NCBI RefSeq assembly: GCF_055900595.2
Contig: NZ_CM148325.1
Length of the DNA stretch: 64,000 bases
Direction: 5' to 3' (one strand)
A program made the translations under genes and the position numbers. The notes under the pieces were generated by a model that saw only the letters and a list, made by a program, of their open reading frames with translations, did no database searches and had not been told where the DNA came from. Shown in pieces: positions 10,609-22,662 of the stretch (the first letter of the stretch is position 1; every line of letters starts with the position of its first letter).

Positions 10609-10877
10609 TCGTTCCTCCTGACACTGCGTCTATCGAACACATTTTTCGCCAGTGTGGCGTTCAGTAAGATAAAGCCGCTTCGCATTCCATGCTAATATAG
10701 GCCAACGCAATTCATATAGCCGTTGATACCTAATGTGATTACACTAGTAAAATATATTGTTACTTTACTATCGTTTAGGTGCGCTGAATGAATCTGCGCC
10801 CTGAATTCTGGTAAAAAACATTATCGTAAATTACCATTTCTTTCAACAGCTTACTAGTAAACAAGAAGTTAGCCTCC

Positions 10878-12563
10878 GTGAATATAAACGTCGCCGAATT
10901 GTTAAATGGGAATTACATTCTGTTATTATTTGTGGTCCTCGCGCTTGGGCTATGTCTCGGGAAATTACGACTTGGTTCGATCCAACTGGGTAATTCCATT
11001 GGCGTTTTAGTCGTATCGCTGTTATTAGGCCAACAACATTTCAGCATTAACACCGACGCGCTTAATCTTGGCTTTATGCTGTTTATTTTCTGCGTCGGGG
11101 TCGAAGCCGGACCGAACTTTTTTTCCATTTTTTTTCGCGATGGGAAAAATTACCTAATGTTAGCACTGGTGATGGTTGGCAGTGCGCTGGTGATCGCCTT
11201 AGGGTTAGGTAAGCTGTTTGGCTGGGATATTGGCCTGACGGCCGGTATGTTAGCAGGCTCTATGACGTCGACACCGGTTCTGGTCGGTGCTGGCGATACA
11301 CTGCGTCATTCCGGCATGGAAAGCAGGCAGCTCTCACTGGCACTGGATAATCTGAGCCTCGGATATGCCTTAACCTATTTAATCGGTCTGGTGAGTTTGA
11401 TTGTTGGTGCGCGTTACTTGCCGAAATTGCAGCATCAGGACTTACAGACCAGCGCCCAGCAAATCGCCCGCGAACGTGGCCTGGACACTGATGCCAACCG
11501 TAAAGTTTATTTACCGGTGATCCGCGCCTACCGCGTCGGCCCGGAGCTGGTGGCCTGGACCGACGGCAAAAATCTGCGTGAGCTGGGCATTTATCGACAA
11601 ACCGGCTGCTACATTGAACGTATTCGACGTAACGGGATTCTGGCAAATCCAGACGGTGATGCCGTGCTACAAATGGGCGATGAAATAGCGTTGGTAGGCT
11701 ACCCCGACGCCCACGCTCGACTCGATCCCAGTTTCCGTAATGGCAAAGAAGTTTTCGATCGTGACCTTCTCGACATGCGTATCGTTACCGAAGAAGTGGT
11801 CGTTAAAAACCATAACGCTGTAGGCAAACGTCTCGCACAACTGAAGTTGACCGATCACGGTTGCTTCCTTAACCGCGTTATTCGTAGCCAGATTGAGATG
11901 CCGATAGATGACAACGTCGTGCTTAACAAAGGTGACGTTTTACAAGTCAGCGGCGATGCCCGCCGCGTAAAAACCATCGCCGATCGCATCGGCTTTATCT
12001 CGATTCACAGCCAGGTCACTGACTTGCTGGCATTCTGCGCCTTCTTTGTTATTGGGCTGATGATCGGGATGATCACATTCCAGTTCAGCACATTCAGTTT
12101 CGGCATGGGGAACGCTGCCGGGTTGTTATTCGCCGGAATTATGCTGGGCTTTATGCGTGCTAACCACCCGACCTTCGGTTACATTCCGCAGGGTGCATTA
12201 AGCATGGTGAAAGAGTTCGGCTTGATGGTGTTTATGGCAGGCGTTGGTCTGAGCGCCGGTAGCGGTATTAATAACGGTCTGGGCGCGATTGGCGGTCAGA
12301 TGTTGATTGCCGGATTGATTGTCAGTCTGGTGCCAGTGGTTATCTGCTTCCTGTTCGGTGCTTATGTATTGCGAATGAACCGCGCACTGTTGTTCGGCGC
12401 AATGATGGGTGCGCGTACCTGTGCACCGGCAATGGAGATCATCAGCGATACAGCCCGCAGTAACATCCCGGCGCTGGGCTATGCGGGCACCTACGCAATC
12501 GCCAACGTTCTGCTAACGCTGGCTGGGACAATCATCGTCATGGTATGGCCAGGGTTAGGATAA
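10878..12563 (+). CDS. ybjL: putative transporter YbjL (AAE family, TrkA-C domains)
   Basis: 561 aa, GTG start at 10878, multi-TM with central soluble domains. Confidence 0.9.
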
Positions 12564-12605
12564 AACTGAAGTTGCCCTGAAAATGAAATTTTTTTGCACA
12601 ACCGC

Positions 12606-12634
12606 AGAACTTTTCCTCAGGGCATCAGTCTTAA
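12606..12634 (+). promoter_or_regulatory. sigmaE-type promoter of rybB
   Basis: GAACTT at 12607..12612, 16-nt spacer, TCTTA at 12629..12633, about 6 nt before the sRNA 5' end. Confidence 0.6.
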
Positions 12635-12639
12635 TTAGT

Positions 12640-12718
12640 GCCACTGCTTTTCTTTGATGTCCCCATTTTGTGGAGCCCATCAACCCCGCCATTTCGGTTC
12701 AAGGTTGGTGGGTTTTTT
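12640..12718 (+). ncRNA. rybB: RybB small RNA (sigmaE-dependent, Hfq-binding, OMP mRNA repressor)
   Basis: GCCACTGCTTTTCTTTGATGTCCCC... ending in hairpin CCCATCAACC/GGTTGGTGGG plus TTTTTT; matches remembered RybB sequence and its ybjL-rcdA intergenic location. Confidence 0.85.
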
Positions 12719-12737
12719 GTTATCTAAAATTTATCTA

Positions 12738-13274
12738 CTACCCGGCAACCCTCTCAACCATCCTCAAAATCTCCTCGCGCGATAGCGGCTTACGGTCGGT
12801 GACAAAATGCAGCGTCATCCCCTCAATAAACGCATCAAGCGCGCGGGCGGTTCCGGGTTCAAACCATTGTTCGAGCGTTTGCTGACTGCGCTGCATCCAG
12901 TTTTGCATTACCGTTTTTAATAGCGGTTTTCGGCTAGCCAGCGCGTAGAGCTGGTACATCAGCTCCATGTTATCCGGCGTTGCAACCTGTGAGCTGTAGA
13001 TCATATCGGTGATAGCCTGGCATGCGCCCGGAGCATCACTAACATCGCTAAAAAATGCCTGATATTGCCGGGACATGATCTCAGTAAAACTGCTGAACGC
13101 CTCCAGCAACAACTCATCAATTCCTGAAAAATAGTAGGTCATCGACCCCAACGGTACCCCGGCAAGGGTAGCAATTTTGCGGTGCGTAACGGCATGTATT
13201 CCGTAAAGTTTCACCGCCTCCAGCGTGGCCTGGATAATTTTTTCTCGCCGTTGCGGATCGTTAGCGCGACGCAT
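12738..13274 (-). CDS. rcdA: TetR-family transcriptional regulator RcdA (YbjK)
   Basis: 178 aa from ATG at 13274; N-terminal TetR HTH. Confidence 0.9.
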
Positions 13275-13357
13275 GTCATTTCCTCTCTCTGCAATTGTGT
13301 ACAAATGTACACAACCTTGCTAATGTTGTCTTCCCTCTTCTTATTTTGACGTGATCT

Positions 13358-14566
13358 ATGACCGTAAATTCTTCACGTAATGCATTGAAACGCCGAACCT
13401 GGGCGCTGTTTATGTTCTTCTTTTTGCCGGGCCTGTTAATGGCGTCCTGGGCAACTCGTACACCTGCTATCCGCGATATTCTTTCTGTTTCGATCGCTGA
13501 AATGGGCGGAGTCCTCTTTGGTCTGTCGATCGGTTCAATGAGCGGTATTCTCTGCTCGGCGTGGTTAGTGAAACGCTTTGGGACGCGGAATGTCATCCAG
13601 GTCACGATGTCCTGCGCATTGATCGGGATGATGATATTAAGTCTGGCACTCTGGCTGACATCGCCCCTGCTCTTTGCCGTTGGTCTCGGCGTCTTTGGGG
13701 CAAGTTTTGGTTCTGCGGAAGTGGCGATAAACGTTGAAGGTGCTGCCGTTGAGCGAGAAATGAATAAGACGGTTTTGCCGATGATGCACGGTTTTTATAG
13801 CCTGGGCACGCTGGCAGGCGCTGGTGTCGGGATGGCACTGACGGCCTTTGGCGTTCCGGCAACGGTGCACATTTTATTGGCGGCGCTGGTAGGCATCGCG
13901 CCTATTTATATCGCCATTCAGGCAATCCCTGACGGTACGGGCAAAAATGCTGCCGATGGCACCCAGCATGGTGAAAAAGGCGTACCTTTTTATCGGGATA
14001 TCCAGTTGCTGCTGATTGGTGTTGTGGTACTGGCGATGGCCTTTGCCGAAGGTTCTGCCAACGACTGGTTACCCTTATTAATGGTTGACGGTCACGGTTT
14101 TAGCCCTACTTCCGGCTCGCTGATTTATGCCGGTTTTACCCTGGGGATGACTGTTGGACGCTTTACCGGCGGTTGGTTCATCGACCGTTATAGTCGCGTT
14201 GCCGTGGTTCGGGCCAGTGCACTGATGGGAGCGTTGGGTATTGGGCTGATTATTTTTGTCGATAGCGCCTGGGTCGCTGGGGTGTCTGTTGTACTTTGGG
14301 GACTGGGGGCCTCGCTGGGCTTCCCGCTGACCATTTCTGCCGCCAGCGATACCGGCCCCGATGCACCGACCCGCGTCAGCGTAGTGGCGACGACCGGTTA
14401 TCTGGCTTTCCTCGTCGGGCCGCCGCTGCTGGGCTATCTCGGCGAACATTATGGATTACGTAGTGCAATGCTGGTTGTACTGGCGCTGGTTATTCTTGCG
14501 GCTATTGTCGCGAAAGCCGTCGCCAAACCCAATACCAAAACGCAGACGGCGATGGAGAATAGTTGA
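13358..14566 (+). CDS. ybjJ: MFS transporter YbjJ
   Basis: 402 aa, 12-TM-like hydrophobic profile. Confidence 0.9.
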   Translation: MTVNSSRNALKRRTWALFMFFFLPGLLMASWATRTPAIRDILSVSIAEMGGVLFGLSIGSMSGILCSAWLVKRFGTRNVIQVTMSCALIGMMILSLALWLTSPLLFAVGLGVFGASFGSAEVAINVEGAAVEREMNKTVLPMMHGFYSLGTLAGAGVGMALTAFGVPATVHILLAALVGIAPIYIAIQAIPDGTGKNAADGTQHGEKGVPFYRDIQLLLIGVVVLAMAFAEGSANDWLPLLMVDGHGFSPTSGSLIYAGFTLGMTVGRFTGGWFIDRYSRVAVVRASALMGALGIGLIIFVDSAWVAGVSVVLWGLGASLGFPLTISAASDTGPDAPTRVSVVATTGYLAFLVGPPLLGYLGEHYGLRSAMLVVLALVILAAIVAKAVAKPNTKTQTAMENS

Positions 14567-15381
14567 TGAGCATTAAATTAATTGCGGTTGACATGGATGG
14601 TACTTTCTTAAGCGATCAAAAAACCTATAACCGTGAGCGGTTTATGGCTCAGTATCAGCAGATGAAAGCACAAGGCATTCGCTTTGTGGTCGCCAGCGGG
14701 AATCAATATTATCAGTTAATCTCTTTCTTCCCTGAAATTGCTAATGAAATTGCCTTTGTGGCTGAAAACGGCGGTTGGGTTGTAAGCGAAGGCAAAGATG
14801 TTTTTAATGGCGAGCTGTCGAAGGATGCGTTTGCTACTGTGGTGGAACATTTACTGACGCGCCCAGAAGTGGAAATTATTGCCTGCGGAAAAAATAGCGC
14901 CTATACCCTCAAAAAATATGACGATGCCATGAAAACGGTGGCGGAAATGTATTATCACCGTCTGGAATACGTCGATAACTTTGATAATTTAGAAGATATC
15001 TTCTTTAAGTTTGGCCTGAATCTTTCCGATGAACTGATTCCACAAGTGCAAAAAGCATTACATGAGACCATCGGCGATATTATGGTGCCGGTCCACACCG
15101 GCAACGGCAGCATCGATCTGATTATCCCCGGCGTACATAAAGCGAATGGCCTGCGCCAACTTCAGAAATTATGGGGAATAGACGACAGCGAAGTGGTGGT
15201 CTTCGGCGATGGTGGTAACGATATTGAGATGCTGCGTCAGGCAGGCTTTAGTTTTGCGATGGAAAATGCTGGCAGCGCGGTCGTCGCAGCGGCAAAATAC
15301 CGGGCAGGCTCCAATAATCATGAAGGTGTACTGGATGTGATCGATAAAGTTCTTAAACACGAAGCGCCTTTTGATCAATAA
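14566..15381 (+). CDS. ybjI: HAD-family (Cof-type) phosphatase YbjI
   Basis: 271 aa from ATG at 14566, overlapping ybjJ TGA by 1 nt; DMDGTF HAD motif I; paralog of YbiV. Confidence 0.88.
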   Translation: MSIKLIAVDMDGTFLSDQKTYNRERFMAQYQQMKAQGIRFVVASGNQYYQLISFFPEIANEIAFVAENGGWVVSEGKDVFNGELSKDAFATVVEHLLTRPEVEIIACGKNSAYTLKKYDDAMKTVAEMYYHRLEYVDNFDNLEDIFFKFGLNLSDELIPQVQKALHETIGDIMVPVHTGNGSIDLIIPGVHKANGLRQLQKLWGIDDSEVVVFGDGGNDIEMLRQAGFSFAMENAGSAVVAAAKYRAGSNNHEGVLDVIDKVLKHEAPFDQ

Positions 15382-15466
15382 AAACGGTAGCACGCCCGGC
15401 AACACAAAGCCTGAATGAAGGCTGCATAATTCGCAGAAATTAACCCGCTGCATTATTTCAGGCGAA

Positions 15467-15751
15467 ATGATTATGAGAAATTGTCTACTGTTGGGCGCGC
15501 TTTTAATGGGCTTTACTGGTGTGGCGATGGCGCAAAGTGTCACCGTCGATGTGCCGAGTGGATACAAAGTGGTTGTGGTCCCTGATTCAGTCAGCGTTCC
15601 ACAAGCAGTCAGCGTCGCGACTGTGCCGCAAACCGTCTATGTGGCTCCTGCGCCAGCTCCGGCTTACCGCCCGCATCCGTATGTTCGCCATCTTGCCAGC
15701 GTAGGTGAAGGGATGGTTATCGAACACCAGATTGATGACCATCACCATTAA
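15467..15751 (+). CDS. ybjH: uncharacterised secreted protein YbjH
   Basis: 94 aa with signal peptide, V/P-rich repeats and C-terminal HHH. Confidence 0.8.
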   Translation: MIMRNCLLLGALLMGFTGVAMAQSVTVDVPSGYKVVVVPDSVSVPQAVSVATVPQTVYVAPAPAPAYRPHPYVRHLASVGEGMVIEHQIDDHHH

Positions 15752-15755
15752 TTTG

Positions 15756-15793
15756 AAAATGCCTGATTGCTTTGCGCAACCAGGCATTTTTTT
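15756..15793. terminator. bidirectional terminator between ybjH and mdfA
   Basis: stem AATGCCTG/CAGGCATT followed by TTTTTTT. Confidence 0.75.
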
Positions 15794-17024
15794 ACCCTTC
15801 GTGCGAATTACCCATCTGTTTATCTTTTAAAAAGATAACCATCAGCAGCAGCCACAAAATCCCGTTGGCAAGGTTGAAGAGATTAAACAGGCCATTTCCC
15901 CCATTCAGCCAGGCATGTTTGCTGATTTCAATACCGACGGTAAAAATAAGCATTTGCAACATTCCCATCGCCGCAGAAACCGTACCTTTACTCATATCGC
16001 TGGCAAACAGGGTCAATCGCACCAGTCCCGCATTCGCCAGGCCAATACCGAAAGCATAAATACTTAACCCGGCGGTCATCCACAAATACGCGTGCGATGA
16101 GATAACCGTTGCCGCAGCAGCGACCAACAGGCCAATCATAATCGGCCAGCCGCCCATAATAATCAATGAACGTACGGTGCGGCGCGAGGTCAGACGCGCT
16201 AGCAGCAAGTTACCCGCAATTAATGCCCCGAAAATAGGCACTTGCAGCAAGCCATATTCATAACTGCTCAACTGCTCGCCGGTAATGATGATAATCGGCG
16301 ACTGGGCGATCCACGCCAGCAACGGCAGGCTAACGAATCCCAGCGCCAGTGCCCCTGCCACAAAGCGACCGTTCTTCAGCACCAGCTTATAGTCACGACC
16401 GAGTTCTTTCAGCGACAGTTTCTCGCCTATACGCGTGGCGGTTTCAGGCATGGCTCGTTGCAGACCGAAAAAGGAGATCGCTGCCAATGAGGCAAACAAG
16501 ACGAACATCCCTTCCCAGGGCAGCACATGGATCCACGCCGCGCCCACCAGCGGACCAAGTAGCGGAGCAATCAGCGCCACGTTCGCCATCAGCGCGGTGA
16601 TCTTGATACAAACCGCCTCTTCGAAGGACTCCTGAATTGCGGCGTAACCCACAGCGCCAATGAAACAGAGGCTTATGCCCTGCAAGAAGCGCAACAGCGT
16701 GAATTGTTCAATGTTTTGCGCCAGTAATATCGCCAGACAAGTGATGATAAACCACACTACCCCCGCCAGCATCACCGGACGGCGACCAATACGATCCGAC
16801 AGTGGTCCCAGCAGCCACTGTAAAAACATCCCGCCCGCCAGATACGCGGTCATCGAAGTAGGAACCCAATCAATGCCCGCCTGATACTGCTCCACCACGG
16901 CCAACATGCCGGGTTGAATCATATCGTTGCCGATATAGGTTGAAAATTCGTAAAGCACCAGACAGAGAGGGAAAAGTAACGCCTGACGTCCAAGCCTGGC
17001 ACCGGAAGCTAATCTATTTTGCAT
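15792..17024 (-). CDS. mdfA: multidrug efflux MFS transporter MdfA (Cmr)
   Basis: 410 aa from ATG at 17024 ([20 protein letters not shown]...). Confidence 0.93.
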   Translation of the reverse strand: MQNRLASGARLGRQALLFPLCLVLYEFSTYIGNDMIQPGMLAVVEQYQAGIDWVPTSMTAYLAGGMFLQWLLGPLSDRIGRRPVMLAGVVWFIITCLAILLAQNIEQFTLLRFLQGISLCFIGAVGYAAIQESFEEAVCIKITALMANVALIAPLLGPLVGAAWIHVLPWEGMFVLFASLAAISFFGLQRAMPETATRIGEKLSLKELGRDYKLVLKNGRFVAGALALGFVSLPLLAWIAQSPIIIITGEQLSSYEYGLLQVPIFGALIAGNLLLARLTSRRTVRSLIIMGGWPIMIGLLVAAAATVISSHAYLWMTAGLSIYAFGIGLANAGLVRLTLFASDMSKGTVSAAMGMLQMLIFTVGIEISKHAWLNGGNGLFNLFNLANGILWLLLMVIFLKDKQMGNSHEG

Positions 17025-17309
17025 GCAATTTCTTCGCCAATAATAATCGCGCAAAGTTTAATAAAAGCGCAGCTAACGAGAAAGCGAATTTTGTAGCTGA
17101 AACTTCGGTTAAGCACATTCTTACATTATTGCGAGTATAGCTACGCTTTCTTTAAGTTTTATTTAACCTATGCTCGTTACAATCAGCCACCGTAAACAGG
17201 GCCGCTTGAGGGAAATAAGACGATGCCGCTTTACCCAGTTTAACCTGCACTTTATTCTCAACGACTTGCCTGTATTGGCTCCCTTTTAATCACTTTGCGT
17301 CGGGAAGTT

Positions 17310-17906
17310 ATGCTGGAAAATTTGAATCTCTCTCTATTCTCTCTTATTAACGCGACGCCAGACTCTGCGCCGTGGATGATCTCGTTGGCGATTTTTATTG
17401 CTAAAGATTTGATTACCGTGGTGCCGCTGCTGGCCGCAGTACTTTGGTTGTGGGGGCTTACAGCACAACGGCAACTGGTGATAAAAATCGCAATCGCGCT
17501 AGTCGTCAGCCTGTTAGTGTCCTGGACGATGGGGCATCTTTTCCCACACGACCGACCCTTTGTCGAGAATATCGGCTATAACTTCCTGCATCATGCGGCG
17601 GATGACTCATTCCCGAGCGATCATGGTACGGTAATTTTCACCTTTGCACTGGCATTTTTATGCTGGCATCGCCTGTGGTCCGGTTCCCTTTTAATGGTAC
17701 TGGCTGTTGTCATTGCCTGGTCGCGCGTTTATCTTGGCGTGCACTGGCCGCTGGATATGCTCGGTGGATTGCTGGCAGGTATGATTGGCTGCCTTAGCGC
17801 TCAGATTATCTGGCAAGCGATAGGGCATAAACTCTATCAACGTCTGCAATCATGGTATCGCTTCTGTTTTGCATTACCGATCCGCAAAGGCTGGGTGCGT
17901 GACTGA
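17310..17906 (+). CDS. ybjG: undecaprenyl-diphosphate phosphatase YbjG (PAP2 family)
   Basis: 198 aa from ATG at 17310; PAP2 motifs (PSDHG, SRVYLGVHWPLD). Confidence 0.9.
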   Translation: MLENLNLSLFSLINATPDSAPWMISLAIFIAKDLITVVPLLAAVLWLWGLTAQRQLVIKIAIALVVSLLVSWTMGHLFPHDRPFVENIGYNFLHHAADDSFPSDHGTVIFTFALAFLCWHRLWSGSLLMVLAVVIAWSRVYLGVHWPLDMLGGLLAGMIGCLSAQIIWQAIGHKLYQRLQSWYRFCFALPIRKGWVRD

Positions 17907-17963
17907 TCTCTGCTAAAAAGTGTAGTATTGAGCGGCTCGCTTCAATAACTATTCAGAGGGATT

Positions 17964-18722
17964 ATGGAAACACGTCGCGAAGAGCGTATCGGGCAACTGC
18001 TGCAAGAATTAAAACGCAGCGATAAGTTACATCTTAAAGACGCCGCCGCCCTGCTTGGGGTTTCGGAGATGACGATTCGTCGCGATCTGAACAACCACAG
18101 CGCCCCCGTCGTTTTGCTTGGCGGCTATATTGTTCTGGAACCGCGCAGCGCCAGCCATTATCTGTTAAGCGATCAAAAATCCCGTCTGGTAGAGGAAAAA
18201 CGCCGGGCGGCAAAACTGGCTGCGACGCTGGTAGAACCCGATCAGACCCTCTTTTTTGACTGTGGCACCACCACACCGTGGATTATTGAAGCGATTGATA
18301 ATGAAATCCCTTTTACCGCCATTTGTTATTCGCTAAATACCTTTCTGGCACTGAAAGAGAAACCTCATTGCCGCGCGTTTCTTTGCGGTGGTGAATTTCA
18401 CGCCAGCAACGCCATTTTCAAACCCATCGATTTTCAGCAAACGCTGAATAATTTTTGCCCGGATATCGCTTTTTATTCCGCGGCGGGGGTGCATGTCAGT
18501 AAGGGCGCTACCTGTTTTAATCTTGAAGAGTTGCCGGTAAAACACTGGGCCATGTCGATGGCGCAAAAGCATGTGCTGGTTGTCGACCACAGTAAATTTG
18601 GCAAGGTGCGTCCGGCACGCATGGGTGACCTGAAACGCTTTGATATTGTAGTGAGCGATTGTTGCCCGGAAGATGAGTATGTGAAGTACGCGCAGACGCA
18701 GCGTATTAAGTTGATGTATTAA
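17964..18722 (+). CDS. deoR: deoxyribose operon repressor DeoR
   Basis: 252 aa, N-terminal HTH, DeoR family. Confidence 0.93.
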   Translation: METRREERIGQLLQELKRSDKLHLKDAAALLGVSEMTIRRDLNNHSAPVVLLGGYIVLEPRSASHYLLSDQKSRLVEEKRRAAKLAATLVEPDQTLFFDCGTTTPWIIEAIDNEIPFTAICYSLNTFLALKEKPHCRAFLCGGEFHASNAIFKPIDFQQTLNNFCPDIAFYSAAGVHVSKGATCFNLEELPVKHWAMSMAQKHVLVVDHSKFGKVRPARMGDLKRFDIVVSDCCPEDEYVKYAQTQRIKLMY

Positions 18723-18729
18723 CAACGAA

Positions 18730-18760
18730 TAACCGGATGACGTTTCGCGCCATCCGGTTA
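18730..18760. terminator. hairpin between convergent deoR and dacC
   Basis: 10-bp stem TAACCGGATG/CATCCGGTTA; no strong T-run. Confidence 0.5.
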
Positions 18761-18768
18761 TCAGAAGA

Positions 18769-19971
18769 TTAAGAGAACCAGCTGCCGAACCACTGATGGA
18801 ATTTCATCATCACGAAATCCCACATCCGACCAAAGAATCCACCCTCTTCCACATTTTCCATCACGATCAGCGGGCGCTGTTCAATGGATTTACCGTTAAG
18901 CTGGAAATCAATGGTGCCGACAACCTGACCTTTTTTCAGCGGTGCGGTAAGCTGCGGTTCCGTTAACGTATAACTCGCTTTCAGGTTTTTCAGCTGCCCA
19001 CGCGGTATGGTCACGGATCCCGCTTCGCCTGCCCCGAGATTCACTTCGCTCTTATCACCAAACCAGACGCGCTGAGTCACAAAGGTGGCATCAGGTTTAA
19101 TTGGCGTCACGGTTTCAAAGAAGCGGAAACCCCAGGTCAATAATTTCTCAGACTCATTAAAACGGATACGGTCAGTTTTCGCCCCCAGCACTACGGAGAT
19201 TAAACGCATATCGCCCTGGGTAGCAGAAGCAACCAGATTATATCCCGCGCCTGCCGTGGTTCCTGTCTTCATGCCATCAACATTCAGATTGCTGCTCCAC
19301 AGCAGACGGTTACGGTTAGGCTGACGAATTTTGTTGAAGGTGAACTCTTTCTCTTTATGAATGGCGTACTCTTCTGGCACATCGTGAATCAGTGCTTTAC
19401 CCAGCAATGCCATATCGCGTGCGGTACTGAACTGCCCCGGCGCATCCAGACCGTGCACCGTCTGGAAGGTCGTGTTGGTCAGCCCCAGTTTTTTGGCATA
19501 ACCATTCATCAAACCAATAAATGACTCCTGGCTCCCGGCAACGTAATCAGCCAGCGCAATACAGGCGTCATTACCGGACTGGATAATCACGCCTTTGTTC
19601 AAGTCTGCCACCGAAACCTGATCGCCTGGTTTGAGGAACATTACCGACGAACCACGCAGTGCCGGGTTTCCCGTCGCCCAGGCATCTTTACCGACCGTCA
19701 CCATATCGGTGAGTTTAATCTTATCGGCCTTAAGCGCCTGCCCAACCACATAGCTGGTCATGATTTTAGTCAGGCTCGCGGGGTCCAGTTTCTCATCCGC
19801 ATTGCCTTCTGCCAGCACTTTACCGCTGGCGTAATCCATTAAAATCCATGCACGCGCATCCACGCTCGGCGCTTCAACGGTTTGTTCCGCCGCGAATGCC
19901 GTTGGGGCAAAAAGGAATAAAAATGCAGAACCCGCTGCAAGACCACGAAGGAGAGAGGAGTATTGCGTCAT
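18769..19971 (-). CDS. dacC: D-alanyl-D-alanine carboxypeptidase DacC (PBP6)
   Basis: 400 aa from ATG at 19971; signal peptide, SxxK (ASLTK) and KTG motifs. Confidence 0.93.
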   Translation of the reverse strand: MTQYSSLLRGLAAGSAFLFLFAPTAFAAEQTVEAPSVDARAWILMDYASGKVLAEGNADEKLDPASLTKIMTSYVVGQALKADKIKLTDMVTVGKDAWATGNPALRGSSVMFLKPGDQVSVADLNKGVIIQSGNDACIALADYVAGSQESFIGLMNGYAKKLGLTNTTFQTVHGLDAPGQFSTARDMALLGKALIHDVPEEYAIHKEKEFTFNKIRQPNRNRLLWSSNLNVDGMKTGTTAGAGYNLVASATQGDMRLISVVLGAKTDRIRFNESEKLLTWGFRFFETVTPIKPDATFVTQRVWFGDKSEVNLGAGEAGSVTIPRGQLKNLKASYTLTEPQLTAPLKKGQVVGTIDFQLNGKSIEQRPLIVMENVEEGGFFGRMWDFVMMKFHQWFGSWFS

Positions 19972-20217
19972 AAATGCCACCCGAGTATCCATTCAAAAAA
20001 AATACGTTATATCGCCGTATGATAAGTTCGGTGATTAATAACGCACACACAAACTTAAAGAAACCGTAAGTTGGTAAAGTTTTTAAAGTTTATGCAATAT
20101 CCTGCCGCTTCGCTGCTTCTGCCGTCATTTTTTTGCCAGCTGTTGCTTAAAAGTTAACTTTACTTCACCATCAAAGTCCTGTTCAGCCTGTGGCTGCCTG
20201 TCGGAAAAGGGGTAAGT

Positions 20218-20844
20218 ATGATTACGCTGTGGGGTCGGAATAATTCAACCAACGTAAAAAAAGTATTGCTGACGCTCGAAGAACTGGAACTACCTTATGA
20301 GCAAATTCTCGCGGGCCGTGAGTTTGGGGTAAACCACGATGCTGATTTTCTGGCGATGAACCCTAACGGGCTGGTGCCGTTGTTGCGTGACGACGAAAGT
20401 GATCTCATTCTTTGGGAATCAAACGCCATTGTCCGCTATCTGGCGGCACAGTATGGGCAAAACCTCCTGTGGATCGACTCACCGGCACGCCGTGCAGAAG
20501 CGGAAAAATGGATGGACTGGGCAAACCAGACGCTCAGTAATGCCCACCGCGGGATCCTGATGGGATTAGTCAGAACACCACCGGAAGAGCGCGATCAGGC
20601 CGCCATTGATGCCAGTTGCAAAGAGTGTGACGCCCTGTTTGCCCTGCTCGATGCGGAACTGGCAAAAGTAAAATGGTTCTCTGGCGACGAGTTTGGTGTG
20701 GGCGATATCGCCATCGCACCGTTCATCTACAATTTATTTAACGTTGGCCTGACCTGGACACCGCGTCCAAATCTGCAACGCTGGTATCAGCAACTCACTG
20801 AACGCCCCGCAGTGCGCAAAGTGGTGATGATCCCCGTTAGCTAA
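20218..20844 (+). CDS. gstB: glutathione S-transferase GstB (YliJ)
   Basis: 208 aa GST fold. Confidence 0.9.
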   Translation: MITLWGRNNSTNVKKVLLTLEELELPYEQILAGREFGVNHDADFLAMNPNGLVPLLRDDESDLILWESNAIVRYLAAQYGQNLLWIDSPARRAEAEKWMDWANQTLSNAHRGILMGLVRTPPEERDQAAIDASCKECDALFALLDAELAKVKWFSGDEFGVGDIAIAPFIYNLFNVGLTWTPRPNLQRWYQQLTERPAVRKVVMIPVS

Positions 20845-21956
20845 TTGCGTGGGCTAACTTTAAGTAATTCCCCACTGGACTCGTCGGTGAGAACGTATAA
20901 ATAACCGTCGGGTCCAGTACGAACATCACGAATTCGCTGCCCTCTGTCCGTTAAAATACGGCCATCTTCTGTCACTTTGTCGCCGTTGACGCTCATCACA
21001 ATGACATCTTTATCTTTCAGCGCGCCAATAAATAATTTTTGCTGCCACTGGGGGAATTTATCGCTGTTATAGAAGGCCATGCCGCTCACGGCGGGCGAAT
21101 CTTTCCAGTAAAAAATAGGTTGCTCGGTCCCGGCGACGATCTCCCCTTTCGCTTCCGGTATTTTAAAGCCTGAATAATTGATTCCCCAGGTTGCCAGCGG
21201 CCAGACGTAGTTTTTGCCTTTTTGCGGGATATTAATTTCATCACCACCGCGTGGGCCATGTTCATTCAGCCACAGTGCATTACTCCACGGATTCATCGCC
21301 ATTCCTTGCGGGTTACGAATACCATAAGACCAGATCTCGGCGCGTGCATCGGATCTCCTGGCAAAAGGATTATCATCCGGGATCTCGCCCTGGTCAGTAA
21401 GACGCACCAGTTTGCCCTGTAATTTATCCAGATCCTGCGCCGTCGGGCGCTGATTGTTTTCGCCCAGAGCAATAAAAAGATAACCTTTACCGTCGAATAC
21501 CAGCCGCCCACCAAAATGGTTGCCGGTAGACAGTTTTGGCATCTGGCGAAAAATGGTGCGGAAGTCGGTCACTTTTGAAAGATCATCACTTAAACGACCA
21601 TACCCCACGGCAGTTCCGGCTTTGCCATCATCGCCAACTTCGGAATAGCTTAACCAGATGCGGCGCGACTGGGCAAAATCAGGTGCTAAAGCCACATCCA
21701 TTAAGCCGCCCTGCCCGTGCGCCCAAACTTCCGGCACTCCGGAAAGCGGCGCAGATAATCCTTTTCCTGCTTGCCAGCGACGCAACTCACCGCCGCGCAG
21801 GGTGATTAACATGCCGTGATTATCGGGTAAAAAGGCCAGCGCCCAGGGGTGATCGAGTTTGTCTTGCAGTACTTCGACATTTACCGTTGCAGGAGCTGCC
21901 CAGAGAGCAGAAGAAAGACAGATAAGGGGCACAAGGAAAAAGGATTGTCTCTGCAT
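20841..21956 (-). CDS. yliI: PQQ-dependent aldose sugar dehydrogenase YliI
   Basis: 371 aa with signal peptide; stop codon shares CTAA tetranucleotide with gstB stop. Confidence 0.9.
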   Translation of the reverse strand: MQRQSFFLVPLICLSSALWAAPATVNVEVLQDKLDHPWALAFLPDNHGMLITLRGGELRRWQAGKGLSAPLSGVPEVWAHGQGGLMDVALAPDFAQSRRIWLSYSEVGDDGKAGTAVGYGRLSDDLSKVTDFRTIFRQMPKLSTGNHFGGRLVFDGKGYLFIALGENNQRPTAQDLDKLQGKLVRLTDQGEIPDDNPFARRSDARAEIWSYGIRNPQGMAMNPWSNALWLNEHGPRGGDEINIPQKGKNYVWPLATWGINYSGFKIPEAKGEIVAGTEQPIFYWKDSPAVSGMAFYNSDKFPQWQQKLFIGALKDKDVIVMSVNGDKVTEDGRILTDRGQRIRDVRTGPDGYLYVLTDESSGELLKVSPRN

Positions 21957-22036
21957 AACGCCTCCAGATTGACTCTGGCTTAAAGCGTAGTCAGTGAAGG
22001 CGATAACAAATTCATTTTTACAAAAACTTAAATATG

Positions 22037-22061
22037 AAGGGGGAGACGCTTTCTCCCCCTT
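22037..22061 (-). terminator. hairpin immediately downstream of bssR
   Basis: stem AAGGGGGAGA/TCTCCCCCTT adjacent to bssR stop. Confidence 0.5.
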
Positions 22062-22066
22062 TGTTT

Positions 22067-22450
22067 TCAGGCCTTCTCAAGCATGGCATGTTTCTGCAGG
22101 CTCTGGATACTCAGCGTTAAGCTCATCAGACAATTTTCAAGCTTATCGGCGTTGACGGTAATAACAGTCGGGCAATCATGGTGCCCACTCATCAAACATA
22201 CTGCGGCTGTCGCTAATGCTTCTTCAGCATGATGAAGAGCACTCCACTCTTCCTGATCCAGATGAAGATTCAACCGCAGCGATTTATCGTGCAGTTCGCG
22301 ATTCAGTTTAAAAAAGTTATCTCGTAGATGATTGCTTTCGCTGACGGACATGTATCCTTTTGCCTTCCTCAGTTGCACGTATGCAGCGAGGTCAACGCGT
22401 GCGTCGATCAACCGGTTCAGCAGATCGATTCGCTGTCTGTCAACGAACAT
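22067..22450 (-). CDS. bssR: biofilm regulator BssR (YliH)
   Basis: 127 aa from ATG at 22450 (MFVDRQRIDLLNRLID...). Confidence 0.88.
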   Translation of the reverse strand: MFVDRQRIDLLNRLIDARVDLAAYVQLRKAKGYMSVSESNHLRDNFFKLNRELHDKSLRLNLHLDQEEWSALHHAEEALATAAVCLMSGHHDCPTVITVNADKLENCLMSLTLSIQSLQKHAMLEKA

Positions 22451-22662
22451 ACTTCGATCCTCCTCTTTCCAGCCTTGTTGCAATTAAATAGTATGGCTAT
22501 TTATTGAGCAAAATGCTGTCCAGGATCAATTCTTCACGCCGAATTAACAAAATTTACATTTCCTTCGCCTCCGCCAGCGAATGAGATTGCGATACAAATT
22601 TTATCCAGAACTCTGTAGAATCCCTGCCCTGACCTTTCCTGTAACTGAATATTTTTTAAGCT

